In this document: in pieces, positions 22,949 to 34,217 of the stretch
How the letters are laid out: every line of letters starts with the position of its first letter
Position numbering within the stretch: position 1 is the stretch's first letter
DNA from: Octopus bimaculoides
Lineage: Eukaryota
Direction: 5' to 3'
Assembly (NCBI RefSeq): GCF_001194135.2
Contig: NC_068994.1
Span: 34,075,197-34,109,413 of the forward strand
DNA: 34,217 nt
The notes under the pieces: generated by a model
The model's database searches: none
What the model was told of the DNA's origin: nothing
Seen by the model: only the letters and a program-made list of their open reading frames with translations
Position numbers and translations under genes: made by a program

Positions 22949-23480
22949 CACACACACACACACACGCACATATATGTAAGTAGCTACTTGTATGCATCTC
23001 AGTAGGTGTACATACATATATGTTTGTGCTTGAATGTATAGGCAATATACACGAAATATTTTAAAAATCACTTACATGCCAACAAATGCATTCTAATGTA
23101 GAGCATACATATAGAAATATTCAGTATTCTGCAGAGGTATATTTAGATGTCTAAAATAGATAGTCTTGATGTAGCATCAAAGTTGGAGAATACAGTGCAA
23201 ATTTTCGGCAGTACGGCGCTACTAGAAAACTAAGTGCAGTATCGGATTTATTAATCCTTGTCGAAGTTCAATTAACTCTGCGACTGTGTGGTCATAAAGA
23301 TGTAAAGCTTAGCTCCCTGCATTTCTTTGTGCGCCAGACTACACATATGCATACGAAACAAGGCATGCGCACACAGTAACGCTTACGCATATATGTATAC
23401 ACCGTATTCGCAAACCCAGAAATATGAATATGTATGCATAGATGTATGTACATAAGTTTACAGAGATACATATACACATA

Positions 23481-23521
<41 letters not shown>

Positions 23522-24414
23522 NNNNNNNNNNNNNNNNNNNNNNNNNNNNNNNNNNNNNNNNNNNNNNNNNNNNNNNNNNNNNNNNNNNNNNNNNNNNNNN
23601 NNNNNNNNNNNNNNNNNNNNNNNNNNNNNNNNNNNNNNNNNNNNNNNNNNNNNNNNNNNNNNNNNNNNNNNNNNNNNNNNNNNNNNNNNNNNNNNNNNNN
23701 NNNNNNNNNNNNNNNNNNNNNNNNNNNNNNNNNNNNNNNNNNNNNNNNNNNNNNNNNNNNNNNNNNNNNNNNNNNNNNNNNNNNNNNNNNNNNNNNNNNN
23801 NNNNNNNNNNNNNNNNNNNNNNNNNNNNNNNNNNNNNNNNNNNNNNNNNNNNNNNNNNNNNNNNNNNNNNNNNNNNNNNNNNNNNNNNNNNNNNNNNNNN
23901 NNNNNNNNNNNNNNNNNNNNNNNNNNNNNNNNNNNNNNNNNNNNNNNNNNNNNNNNNNNNNNNNNNNNNNNNNNNNNNNNNNNNNNNNNNNNNNNNNNNN
24001 NNNNNNNNNNNNNNNNNNNNNNNNNNNNNNNNNNNNNNNNNNNNNNNNNNNNNNNNNNNNNNNNNNNNNNNNNNNNNNNNNNNNNNNNNNNNNNNNNNNN
24101 NNNNNNNNNNNNNNNNNNNNNNNNNNNNNNNNNNNNNNNNNNNNNNNNNNNNNNNNNNNNNNNNNNNNNNNNNNNNNNNNNNNNNNNNNNNNNNNNNNNN
24201 NNNNNNNNNNNNNNNNNNNNNNNNNNNNNNNNNNNNNNNNNNNNNNNNNNNNNNNNNNNNNNNNNNNNNNNNNNNNNNNNNNNNNNNNNNNNNNNNNNNN
24301 NNNNNNNNNNNNNNNNNNNNNNNNNNNNNNNNNNNNNNNNNNNNNNNNNNNNNNNNNNNNNNNNNNNNNNNNNNNNNNNNNNNNNNNNNNNNNNNNNNNN
24401 NNNNNNNNNNNNNN

Positions 24415-24478
<64 letters not shown>

Positions 24479-24947
24479 AATAGATATACATACATATATA
24501 TGCATATATATATGTATGTATGCATATATGTATGTATGCATGCATGTATGTATACACATACACACTCACATACATACATACAGCCAGACGGGCATACTAC
24601 TTTTTCAGTTTCTGGTTGCATTTCTATAATGGTTCGTTCAGAATGTAAAATGGTTGAATTCCCAAAACTAACCAAGCCATTTTTATCATTGGTCGGAATC
24701 TAGGAAATCAAGGCCGACGGCCTCACTACACCGTGCTAAATCCATATTCATTTGGGTATCCTATACCTCCCCTGACATGATATGGATTGGTTACCTTTTG
24801 TTTTTGTGATTTACAAGTGGTTAGGAATACATTTGATATTTTTAAAGCATATGTAAGCAGAATTAATCCTTTTAAGTAAAATCGTGACATACATACAAAC
24901 ATACGTGCAGTAGAAATATTGCATACGTCTATATGTCAATATATTCA

Positions 24948-24993
<46 letters not shown>

Positions 24994-25031
24994 TCTGAAT
25001 ACATATATGAGTGTGTGTATGTATGTATATA

Positions 25032-25126
<95 letters not shown>

Positions 25127-25248
25127 TGATAGACAGATATGTATATGTACATATTTATATAAATATATATGTAAATATATGTATATATATATATATACAT
25201 ACACACACTTATATATGTATGCAGATGCATATATATACATATACATAG

Positions 25249-25294
<46 letters not shown>

Positions 25295-25465
25295 GTATTT
25301 CGTCGGTAGAACATAAATCCGAAAAAGAAGCATACTCTAAATTATAGAGCAGTATATAATGTAAAAATTAAGCCAACAGGTTTTGGTATCTGACGATACG
25401 CCGTAAAGCTAAGCGTTTTATTGACGTGAAGTCAAAGGTAATCCCATAAACCGGCCTTTTCCAAC

Positions 25466-25528
<63 letters not shown>

Positions 25529-25824
25529 ACACACATACCATATGTTTCATAGCTAAACAATGTTTGTTACACACACAAAATCCGTTTAGCGAATCCTCAC
25601 ACGGATTTCAATATGGAACGAGGTGTATAGCATACAATGTTTATTAGACTCTCTTCACAGTAAACTGTCTTCCTTGTCGTCCATACTAGTTGAGTACATG
25701 CTTGAGTACTTACTAACTTCCTATATCAGGATCATTTGGATCGTACTGCCCTACACACACACATATGTATGGATACATTTCTTTTATTAGCCACACAGAG
25801 CTCAACAAAGATGGGACGAATATG

Positions 25825-25887
<63 letters not shown>

Positions 25888-25893
25888 TGATAT

Positions 25894-26052
25894 GAGTAGT
25901 TTCTATATGGTTTCCGTCAACAGATTCACTCACAAGGCATTGATCGACCTGAAGCTATAGTTGAATACACTTGCCCAAGATGCTGCACTACGAGATTGAA
26001 CCCAAAACCACATGGTTACGAAGAGAGTTTCTGTACTACAAGAGCATGTCTG
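25894..26052 (-). mobile_element. Degenerate 5' part of SINE family B
   Basis: TTTCCGTCAACAGATTCACTCACAAGGC..CTATAGTTGAATACACTTGCCCAAG..GAACCCAAAACCACATGGTT aligns with 22455-22600. Confidence 0.75.
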
Positions 26053-26849
26053 AGCTATGTATACGCCTTCATAACTCAACCATATAGATCTACACATGTA
26101 ATAGCATCCATGTTTGTACACAGCATGAGTACATATTTGCGTCTTCACGTACATGATAATATGAATAATTGCGTAGATGCATGCAATATCTATATACATG
26201 CATGCAGTTATGCATTGAAGCATACATATTATGAACGTACGAGTATACATTCTCCATTGCTGCTGTCTAAATTCCAATGAAAGAGCTTTACTTTTGGATT
26301 AGAAACCAACACTTTATGCAGTGATAAGAAATTCGAAAAGTAAAACTGGAACATTCATACGTATGTGACTATGCGTAGGTGTGTGCGTGTGCATGGGTGT
26401 GTGAGTGTGTGTATGTCTGTGGGTGGGTGGGGNNNNNNNNNNNNNNNNNNNNNNNNNNNNNNNNNNNNNNNNNNNNNNNNNNNNNNNNNNNNNNNNNNNN
26501 NNNNNNNNNNNNNNNNNNNNNNNNNNNNNNNNNNNNNNNNNNNNNNNNNNNNNNNNNNNNNNNNNNNNNNNNNNNNNNNNNNNNNNNNNNNNNNNNNNNN
26601 NNNNNNNNNNATTCCCACTCAGGCCACATATATACGTATAAACCGCCCACACTTTCTTCTTTTATCCTTTCTAATTATCTCTTCTCCTCTTACTACTTCT
26701 CTCTCAATTACTATAAATTCATTCGGCTCTTTTAAGATTGATTCTTCTTTTTCATCCATCCATCTCTTTATCAATCTATCTGTCTGGCGATATGTCTGTC
26801 CATCTGTCTATCCATCTAGTTCTCTGTTATCTTTCTTTCTCTCTCTGTC

Positions 26850-26894
<45 letters not shown>

Positions 26895-27202
26895 TTCTCT
26901 GTCCATCACAATATCTATCGTTGCTTATACGCAAAAGTGTTGTAAGTCCAAAACGTTGCTTTCTCAGAAAATGAAAAAATAGTTTCACCATTCTATAGCA
27001 AAACCGTTGTACTACGCATTCGCAATGTTGATAGCTTGGCATCTGAAGCAGTTGGAGATACGATAGTTTGACCAAAAGAACTGGCTATTGCAAACAGAAA
27101 TAAATATTGATAAAAAAGAATTTGGCCAAAGTTGGACATGCGACAATTTAACATAATAGCAACGCTATGTATTTATCCATCCGTTATACTCTCTCTTTCT
27201 CT

Positions 27203-27287
<85 letters not shown>

Positions 27288-28104
27288 TCTCTATATATAT
27301 GCACGCATATGTACGTCCGTATATATGTGTGTGTATCTATATATACATATATATGTCATATGTTTATAATCGCAAGCACACAACAAACACAAACGCGCAC
27401 TCGCACATGCGCACTTGCACACGCACACACATATACCACAAGCACAGGCTCACAGACGAGTTACCATCTCTTATATTTGCTGTCTATCTCTCTTTTTTCT
27501 CTTCTCAACCTCCATTATACTTGTATGTATTTTACTCTCTACTTTTCTCCGTCTCTTTTCCCACTCTCCCTACTTCTCCCACTCTCTCTATCTATCTCTT
27601 GTCCATTCCTCATTCCTCTTTAAACCATTCCTTTGTCTTAAAAGTGTTATATCTTTCTTTCGATAGAACCAATCTTCATACCACCAACGTCACCACCATC
27701 ACCACTACCACCTCCAGCAACAACGACAACAACAACACTATATCGAAATAGAACTTACTACACCGGGATTACTCAACGAAGAATAAATTCAAGTTGAAGA
27801 TGTCGTGCATGGAATAGGTAAGTATGCAGTCGTCAGCTAAAGTCAGCAATTTGCAGGAATTTATGCAAAGGTCTTTAAGTGTTAATATCTCTGTAGCAAG
27901 CTACACATTGTGAATAATAAGAGATCTTACTGTTTATCGACTTGGCTATCTAATTTTACAATAAATATTAAAAACACTGTTCCGATATTCTTCTGTGTAA
28001 TGCAAAGAGAAATTGAGTTTATCCAGGTCGAATAGATAGAAGGGAAAACAAGGAAACAAAAATAATATAAATTAAAAAGGAAAGAAAAAAAAGGAGCGTT
28101 TAAA

Positions 28105-28171
28105 ATACGAAGAAGAAGAAGAAGAAGAAGAAGAAGAAGAAGAAGAAGAAGAAGAAGAAGAAGAAGAAGAA

Positions 28172-28213
<42 letters not shown>

Positions 28214-28256
28214 CAACAACCACAAGATGTAGGAAGAGAAGAAAAAGAAGAAAGAG

Positions 28257-28290
<34 letters not shown>

Positions 28291-28680
28291 AAGAAAAAGA
28301 AGAAGAAAAATAAGAAAAAGAACAAGAACAAGAACAAGAAGAAAAAGAAGAACAAGAACAAGAACAAGAACAAGAACAAAAGAAGTAGTAGTAGGAGGAG
28401 GAGGANNNNNNNNNNNNNNNNNNNNNNNNNNNNNNNNNNNNNNNNNNNNNNNNNNNNNNNNNNNNNNNNNNNNNNNNNNNNNNNNNNNNNNNNNNNNNNN
28501 NNNNNNNNNNNNNNNNNNNNNNNNNNNNNNNNNNNNNNNNNNNNNNNNNNNNNNNNNNNNNNNNNNNNNNNNNNNNNNNNNNNNNNNNNNNNNNNNNNNN
28601 NNNNNNNNNNNNNNNNNNNNNNNNNNNGGAGGAGGAGGATGTGGTGGTGGAGGAGGAGGAGGAGGAAGGAGGGGGAGGAG
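28105..28680. repeat. Compound purine-rich microsatellite (AAG)n/(GAT)n/(AAGAAC)n/(GGA)n spanning a gap
   Basis: Directly visible. Confidence 0.95.
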
Positions 28681-28832
28681 GAGATTAAAAACAAGAACTA
28701 GAGCAAGAAGAAGAAATAGATGAAAGAAAGGAACAAAGGAAGGAAAAGAAGAAGATTTGTGTTTTATTTTTTTTAAATAGCAAAAAGACAAGATTGAGGT
28801 AGGAAAAAAGAGAAGACGAACGTGTAAAGGCT

Positions 28833-28867
<35 letters not shown>

Positions 28868-29496
28868 GAAAAAGAAAAAAAGAAAGAAAGAAAAAGTTAA
28901 GAAAAAGTAAAACAGAAATATGAAATAAATATATGAAATAAAACTAAAAAAACAAACAAGCAAAAAGCGAATGAAATCATGGAGATGAAAGAGTTAGTGA
29001 ATAACAAGTATGTCATTTATATCAATGATGATGTTGATAATGATGATGGTGGTGGTGGTGGTCGTCGTCGTCGTCGTCGTGACAATGCTGATGATCGTTT
29101 CTTTATTTGCCAAATAGCAACAACAACAACAATAAAAACAGCAACTAATGCAAAAATAGTTATGAAAAAAGCTTTGAAAATGGCGGTTATGTTGTCTTGA
29201 AGAAAAATATATTTAACAAGTCATACTGGTTTTGTGTTTGTGTGTATGTGTGTGTGTGTGTGAGCGTGTGTGTGCGCGTATAAATACATATACATATATA
29301 CATATATAATAGGCATAACTATGAATACCATCATTCAACGTATGTACGTGCGCCGGTGCGTGTTAAACTATTACCATGTAATCGGGTGTTTGCTTGGTGT
29401 AAACCTTTTCCACATTTCTTTATAGCTAATTTCCTTTCGTTTATCTACTGATATAACTTTAGAATTGATATACATACTTATACATACAAATGTATA

Positions 29497-29600
29497 TTCT
29501 TTAACTTGTGTTCGTCATTGGACAGCTGCCGGGTGTGGGTAAAGACGCGAAGGTGTTCAATCAATTATATCGATTCCAATGTATAGTTTAGTACTTGTTT
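29497..29600 (-). mobile_element. Possible very old 3' tail of SINE family B
   Basis: TTTAACTTGTGTTCGTCATTGGACAGC..TCAATTATATCGATTCC..TAGTACTTGTTT loosely parallels 22210-22315. Confidence 0.35.
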
Positions 29601-30240
29601 ATTTATCTCTATTAAATAGCTTTTTTTTTGTTTTAGCTTTTGTTTCTGGCTATTCTCTTTTGGGAGTGAACCTCCCACCTTAGGGTGTCGATAACACAAG
29701 GAATTTTGCAGCGATTAACAACAATAAAGACAAAAACACATACATACATGCAAGCATACATACATACATACAGGCATACATTGATACATTCACTCATACA
29801 ATACATGTATGCATTCATACAATACATATATTCATACATACATACAACATACATATATAAAGCTCTTGTACCCTGATTATAAATTCTTATTTGTACCTAT
29901 CATCATAGGTTCATTGAGCTATATACCTACAAATTTATACACACACAAAAAGAAAACTTAGAAATACTAGGTTTGTCAAAGAAAGAGCAAAAGAAGCTGA
30001 CTTGAATACTTCAAGTTCAATCTATTAGGGGCACAGTGAAGGTTTGTGAGGCATTCCAATGATTCGCCATTTAAAATGCATTAGGTTAATAAATGCAACC
30101 AACAAACCATCTCAAACACATATTTACAAACACCGGGAACTCTTTTAACTCAAAAAGTCTTGTCGCCTTGTCAACGACCGGCTTGATCTCCCTTAAGAAG
30201 AACCTAAATAAAACTCAAAGGAAAACATACATATCATACA

Positions 30241-30661
30241 GGCGCAGGAGTGGCTGTGTGGTAAGTAGCTTGCTTACCAACCACATGGCTCCGGGTTCAT
30301 TCCCACTGCGTGGCACATTGGGCAAGTGTCTTCGACTATAGCCTCGGGCTGACCAAAGCCTTGTGAGTGGATTTGGTAGACAGAAACTGAAAGAAGCCCG
30401 TCGTATATACGTATATGTATATATGTATGTGTGTTTGTGTGTCTGTGTTTGTCCCCCCAACATCGCTTGACAACCGATGCTGGCGTGTTTACGTCCCCAT
30501 AACTTAGCGGTTCGGCAAAGTTCCCCATAACTTAGCGGTTCGGATAGAATAAGTACTAGGTTTACAAAGAATAAGTCCTGGGGTCGATTTGCTCGACTAA
30601 AGGTGGTGCTCCAGCATGGCCAAAGTCAAATGACTGAAACAAGTAAAAGAGTAAAAGAGTA
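30241..30661 (+). mobile_element. Full-length tRNA-derived SINE family B
   Basis: A-box-like TGGCTGTGTGGTAAG, B-box-like GGGTTCATTCCC, body colinear with the 22207 copy, tail (AAGAGTA)n; carries a 22-bp internal duplication. Confidence 0.92.
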
Positions 30662-31863
30662 TTTAAGCATCAATGTAAGGAACTTTAGTGAAACTTTGCC
30701 CTCACAACTTCTGCCAAGTGCAACCTTACCATACCGTATGCCGTCCTTTGAGACAAGAATTTATCGTCATAAAGATCAGCTTCCCTGTAGATGTTAATAT
30801 TTGTTCAAAAATCCAACAGAAGGTGGATAGTTACGAACAACTGCTTCGAAATCACCGGCTTCTATATACCAACTATAATTGATGTACTTGATTATGTGAG
30901 TAAATGCCTAAATGATAATCTGGAAATACTAGTGTTTTCAAAAGAATAAATCAAGCGGTTAGAATGCACATTANNNNNNNNNNNNNNNNNNNNNNNNNNN
31001 NNNNNNNNNNNNNNNNNNNNNNNNNNNNNNNNNNNNNNNNNNNNNNNNNNNNNNNNNNNNNNNNNNNNNNNNNNNNNNNNNNNNNNNNNNNNNNNNNNNN
31101 NNNNNNNNNNNNNNNNNNNNNNNNNNNNNNNNNNNNNNNNNNNNNNNNNNNNNNNNNNNNNNNNNNNNNNNNNNNNNNNNNNNNNNNNNNNNNNNNNNNN
31201 NNNNNNNNNNNNNNNNNNNNNNNNNNNNNNNNNNNNNNNNNNNNNNNNNNNNNNNNNNNNNNNNNNNNNNNNNNNNNNNNNNNNNNNNNNNNNNNNNNNN
31301 NNNNNNNNNNNNNNNNNNNNNNNNNNNNNNNNNNNNNNNNNNNNNNNNNNNNNNNNATATATATATATATATACCACGATAGTAAGATTTTCATTTTGTT
31401 ACATTTAAGCAGTGGCTTACATACTTAATGAAGTGAAGTCTTCAAAACTATTTAATCTATGAATATTACACCTGTACCAACACAAGAAACAATTACACTA
31501 ATGAACAGACAATAAACAAGATCTACTGGGACTATATCATTCCGCAATAAATCACAGCAAAGTCTAAAGAACTTAAAATAAATCTCATAACCAGAGATTG
31601 CCTACGAACCATATCCAATGGGTCGGCTAACTTAAAGAAGCAAGAATTCTTAAAATAAAAGAATATCTGGTTATGCTTTAGTTCTCAAAATTCCTTACTC
31701 TACACGTTCAATTATGATCAAATAACTTGTCACTCCAGCACAGCACACTAACTGTGAGAAAACGAGACTATTAAAGGTGCCTCTACTTTGTAGCTTGATC
31801 TGATAAAAATAAAGGTCAAATTTCACTAAGATCACATCCTATTATCTTGAATCATATGCCCAC

Positions 31864-31935
31864 GGGCATATGACGTAGTGGTTAAGAGCGCGGGCTACTA
31901 ACCCCAAGATTCCGAGTTCGATTCCAGGCAGTGAA

Positions 31936-31975
<40 letters not shown>

Positions 31976-32150
31976 CCGAAAAATACTTTAGGAATGAGAA
32001 CCCAGGTTTGAAATTTCCCCAAGACACCTGATGAAGGCTGGAGGGTATATCAGCCGAACGTGTTAACAACAAACAAGATGAGGACAAATATCCGTCGAAT
32101 GTAAATAATGTAAATAATGTACATAATTCCTCATCTCTTAAATATAGAAT
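31864..32150 (+). mobile_element. tRNA-headed SINE-like element (family C) with internal (AAT)n and a hammerhead-bearing 3' module
   Basis: A box GACGTAGTGGTTAAG, anticodon-like arm GGG-CTACTAA-CCC, B box GAGTTCGATTCC, (AAT)n linker, then a unique body ending in TGTAAATAA repeats; the 3' boundary is approximate. Confidence 0.75.
32023..32064 (+). ncRNA. Decayed type I hammerhead ribozyme (stem III and cleavage triplet missing)
   Basis: Stem I GACAC/GUGUU (32023-27/32060-64), core CUGAUGA 32028-34, stem II GGCUG/CAGCC with loop GAGGGUAUAU, GAA 32056-58; only one base (C) remains where ACGUH is expected. Confidence 0.6.
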
Positions 32151-32738
32151 TGAATTATGAAGTTTAATGAAATCCTAGGGAAGGGAATAAGCATCTGAGA
32201 TGCTTATTTCCCACAGAAACTGTAGGAGCAATTCAGAGGTATTGCATTTGTTGCAATGTCGAAAACTCTTCAATACCATCAACAGGTATCTCAGGTTCAC
32301 AAGCATTTCGCTCCTTAGCCTGTACACTTCGCCTAATTGGGATAGCGATGAGTGAATTAGACTTCGCCAGCAAGAGAGTTCCACCTGCAGTCTTTTGTCA
32401 GCCACGGCCACAGTGAGTTAGTTTCAGTTGTCATGCCTCGAAAAGGTGGAATGACTATGCTGGAGATGTCTTGGATTTGATCCAATAAAATTTCTAAAAT
32501 TCGAAAGATTGCTTTGGTACAATAGCAGAACGCCTGTTACATCTACAGGTGATGTGGGTTCCAATCTCACGAGCAGCCGTCGAATTAATTAACCCAAAAG
32601 GGGTTTTTCAGGTCAATGTTTACATATTTTTATTTATAGCTTTTTATGTATGTTTCGAAGAATTCCAAAAATGAATTATTTCACTTTCTCGCGAATGTTC
32701 ATAAATTCTTAATGATATCAACAATACATAAATAAGAT

Positions 32739-32856
<118 letters not shown>

Positions 32857-34217
32857 TATAAAGATATATGTATATATTTATCCATGTATGTTTGTACGCA
32901 TGTTTTTATGTGCAGAGCAAAAATAGCCATGACTCTATTCACAATATATTGTGGCGCTAAAAGCTTAGACAAAACCAAAAGTGGAATTTGGGCGGCAATG
33001 GGGTGGGGACTATATTCATTGAACAGAAGAACCATACATCTGATCAGGTCCAACGAAATATATATAGAGAGAGACAGAGACACAGAGATGGAAAGACAGA
33101 GAAAGGGTGGGACAGAAGGAAACTGAATGCGTGAGGGGGAAACTAGGAGGTTGGGTGAGAAAACATTTCAGGAATACATGCAGGAATACATTTCTTTGAT
33201 ATTTATCACCGAGTCCTGCCCAGATATACCTTTGTCTACACCCTACTACTACTACTACTACTGCTACAACTACTACTGCTGCTACTCTGGTTTGCTCCTG
33301 TCTCACAATATCGTAACATGTGGACCTAAACAAACTAATTCATGCAACTTTGGTCACGACACAGAAATCAAATTAATATGAATGAAAACTGTTCTTTATG
33401 TATAGTTATGCAGGTGTCTTCGCGTATGTGCATATATACATGTGTGTGTGTGTGTGTGCGTGCGTGCGTGTGTGTGTGTGTGTATGTGTGTGTGTGTGTG
33501 TGTGCGCGCGTGTGGATAAAATTTTAGACTCTATTCTTGAAATGAAAACTTTATTTGGTTAATGTTCGCGATTTTTATGCTTCTAAACATACTAATTTTA
33601 AAATTATATATGTACGTATATGCCAGTCAATGTATATGTGTGTTTGTGTGTGTGTGTAAGAAAAATAGCCTGACTAACTCTTCTTTTTAAACGATTGGAA
33701 CTGGTGGCATATTTTGATAAGAATGATGAGAATGTAAATACTTTGTTTTATCACTAATAAAATTCTCAAACATTTTCTGCTTATTTCTTAATATATATAA
33801 ATGTGTGTATGTGTTTCTGAACCTATATATATATATCCCAGAGGAAAAGGGATACATATGACAATATTTATGACCATACCTAGCCATGAGCTGTCATTTC
33901 ACTCTTGCCCTTTATTCTAAACATACACGGTCCTCTAGCTTGAGATTTAGTACTTGATAAAGAAATAATTCTTGTTAATTCTTGTGGGAAGTGAAACAGA
34001 GACAGGCAGAAACAAGAAAAATGCCGCTGTTACTTGAATACTATACAAATATGTCTTTAAAAAGACTTTTCTTTTAAATTTACCAAAATTTAATTTTTCA
34101 ATAATGTTTCAAAAATCTATTATTCATATTTACTGTTGAAAAGATCTCAAGGATCGAAACCGGTTCTGTAACGTTCTTTATAAAAGTATTTTAGCATTTT
34201 CTACTTTGTCTTTTTTC

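Noticed and set aside
27750-27823. Possible exon ending at a consensus donor AG|GTAAGT (27816-27823)
   Set aside because: No convincing acceptor and no recognisable open frame; a lone donor motif is expected by chance.
31864-31940. Functional tRNA gene
   Set aside because: A and B boxes are present but the acceptor stem cannot pair and the T stem is broken; it is a SINE head.
32175-32411. 78-aa minus-strand ORF in unique sequence
   Set aside because: No recognisable motif in any frame, a non-ATG start, and no splice support; a small host exon cannot be excluded without RNA data.

Overview
Eukaryotic, AT-rich, non-genic (intergenic or intronic) DNA saturated with microsatellites, with about 5.4 kb of N in 16 assembly gaps. 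The repeat families look like those of an octopus/cephalopod genome (inference from recognition, not a search). No intact host protein-coding gene is supported; almost every ORF in the supplied track is a microsatellite or N-run artefact. Supported content: (i) three stacked Tc1/mariner transposons at 17.3-19.9 kb (3' end of one Tc1, a near-complete but decayed DD34E IR/DR Tc1, and the 3' half of a DD34D mariner); (ii) a 240-bp TA-flanked MITE; (iii) 5'-truncated retroelement relics of R4/Dong, RTE (two) and Penelope-like (GIY-YIG) type; (iv) about a dozen copies or fragments of three tRNA-derived SINE families, two with clean TSDs; (v) a 430-bp-period direct repeat. The most interesting signal is RNA-structural: an apparently intact type I hammerhead ribozyme at 8439-8499 (CUGACGA/GAAA core, G-C-closed stem II, palindromic stem III, bipartite stem I), and a tRNA-headed SINE at 31864-32150 whose body carries a decayed hammerhead.
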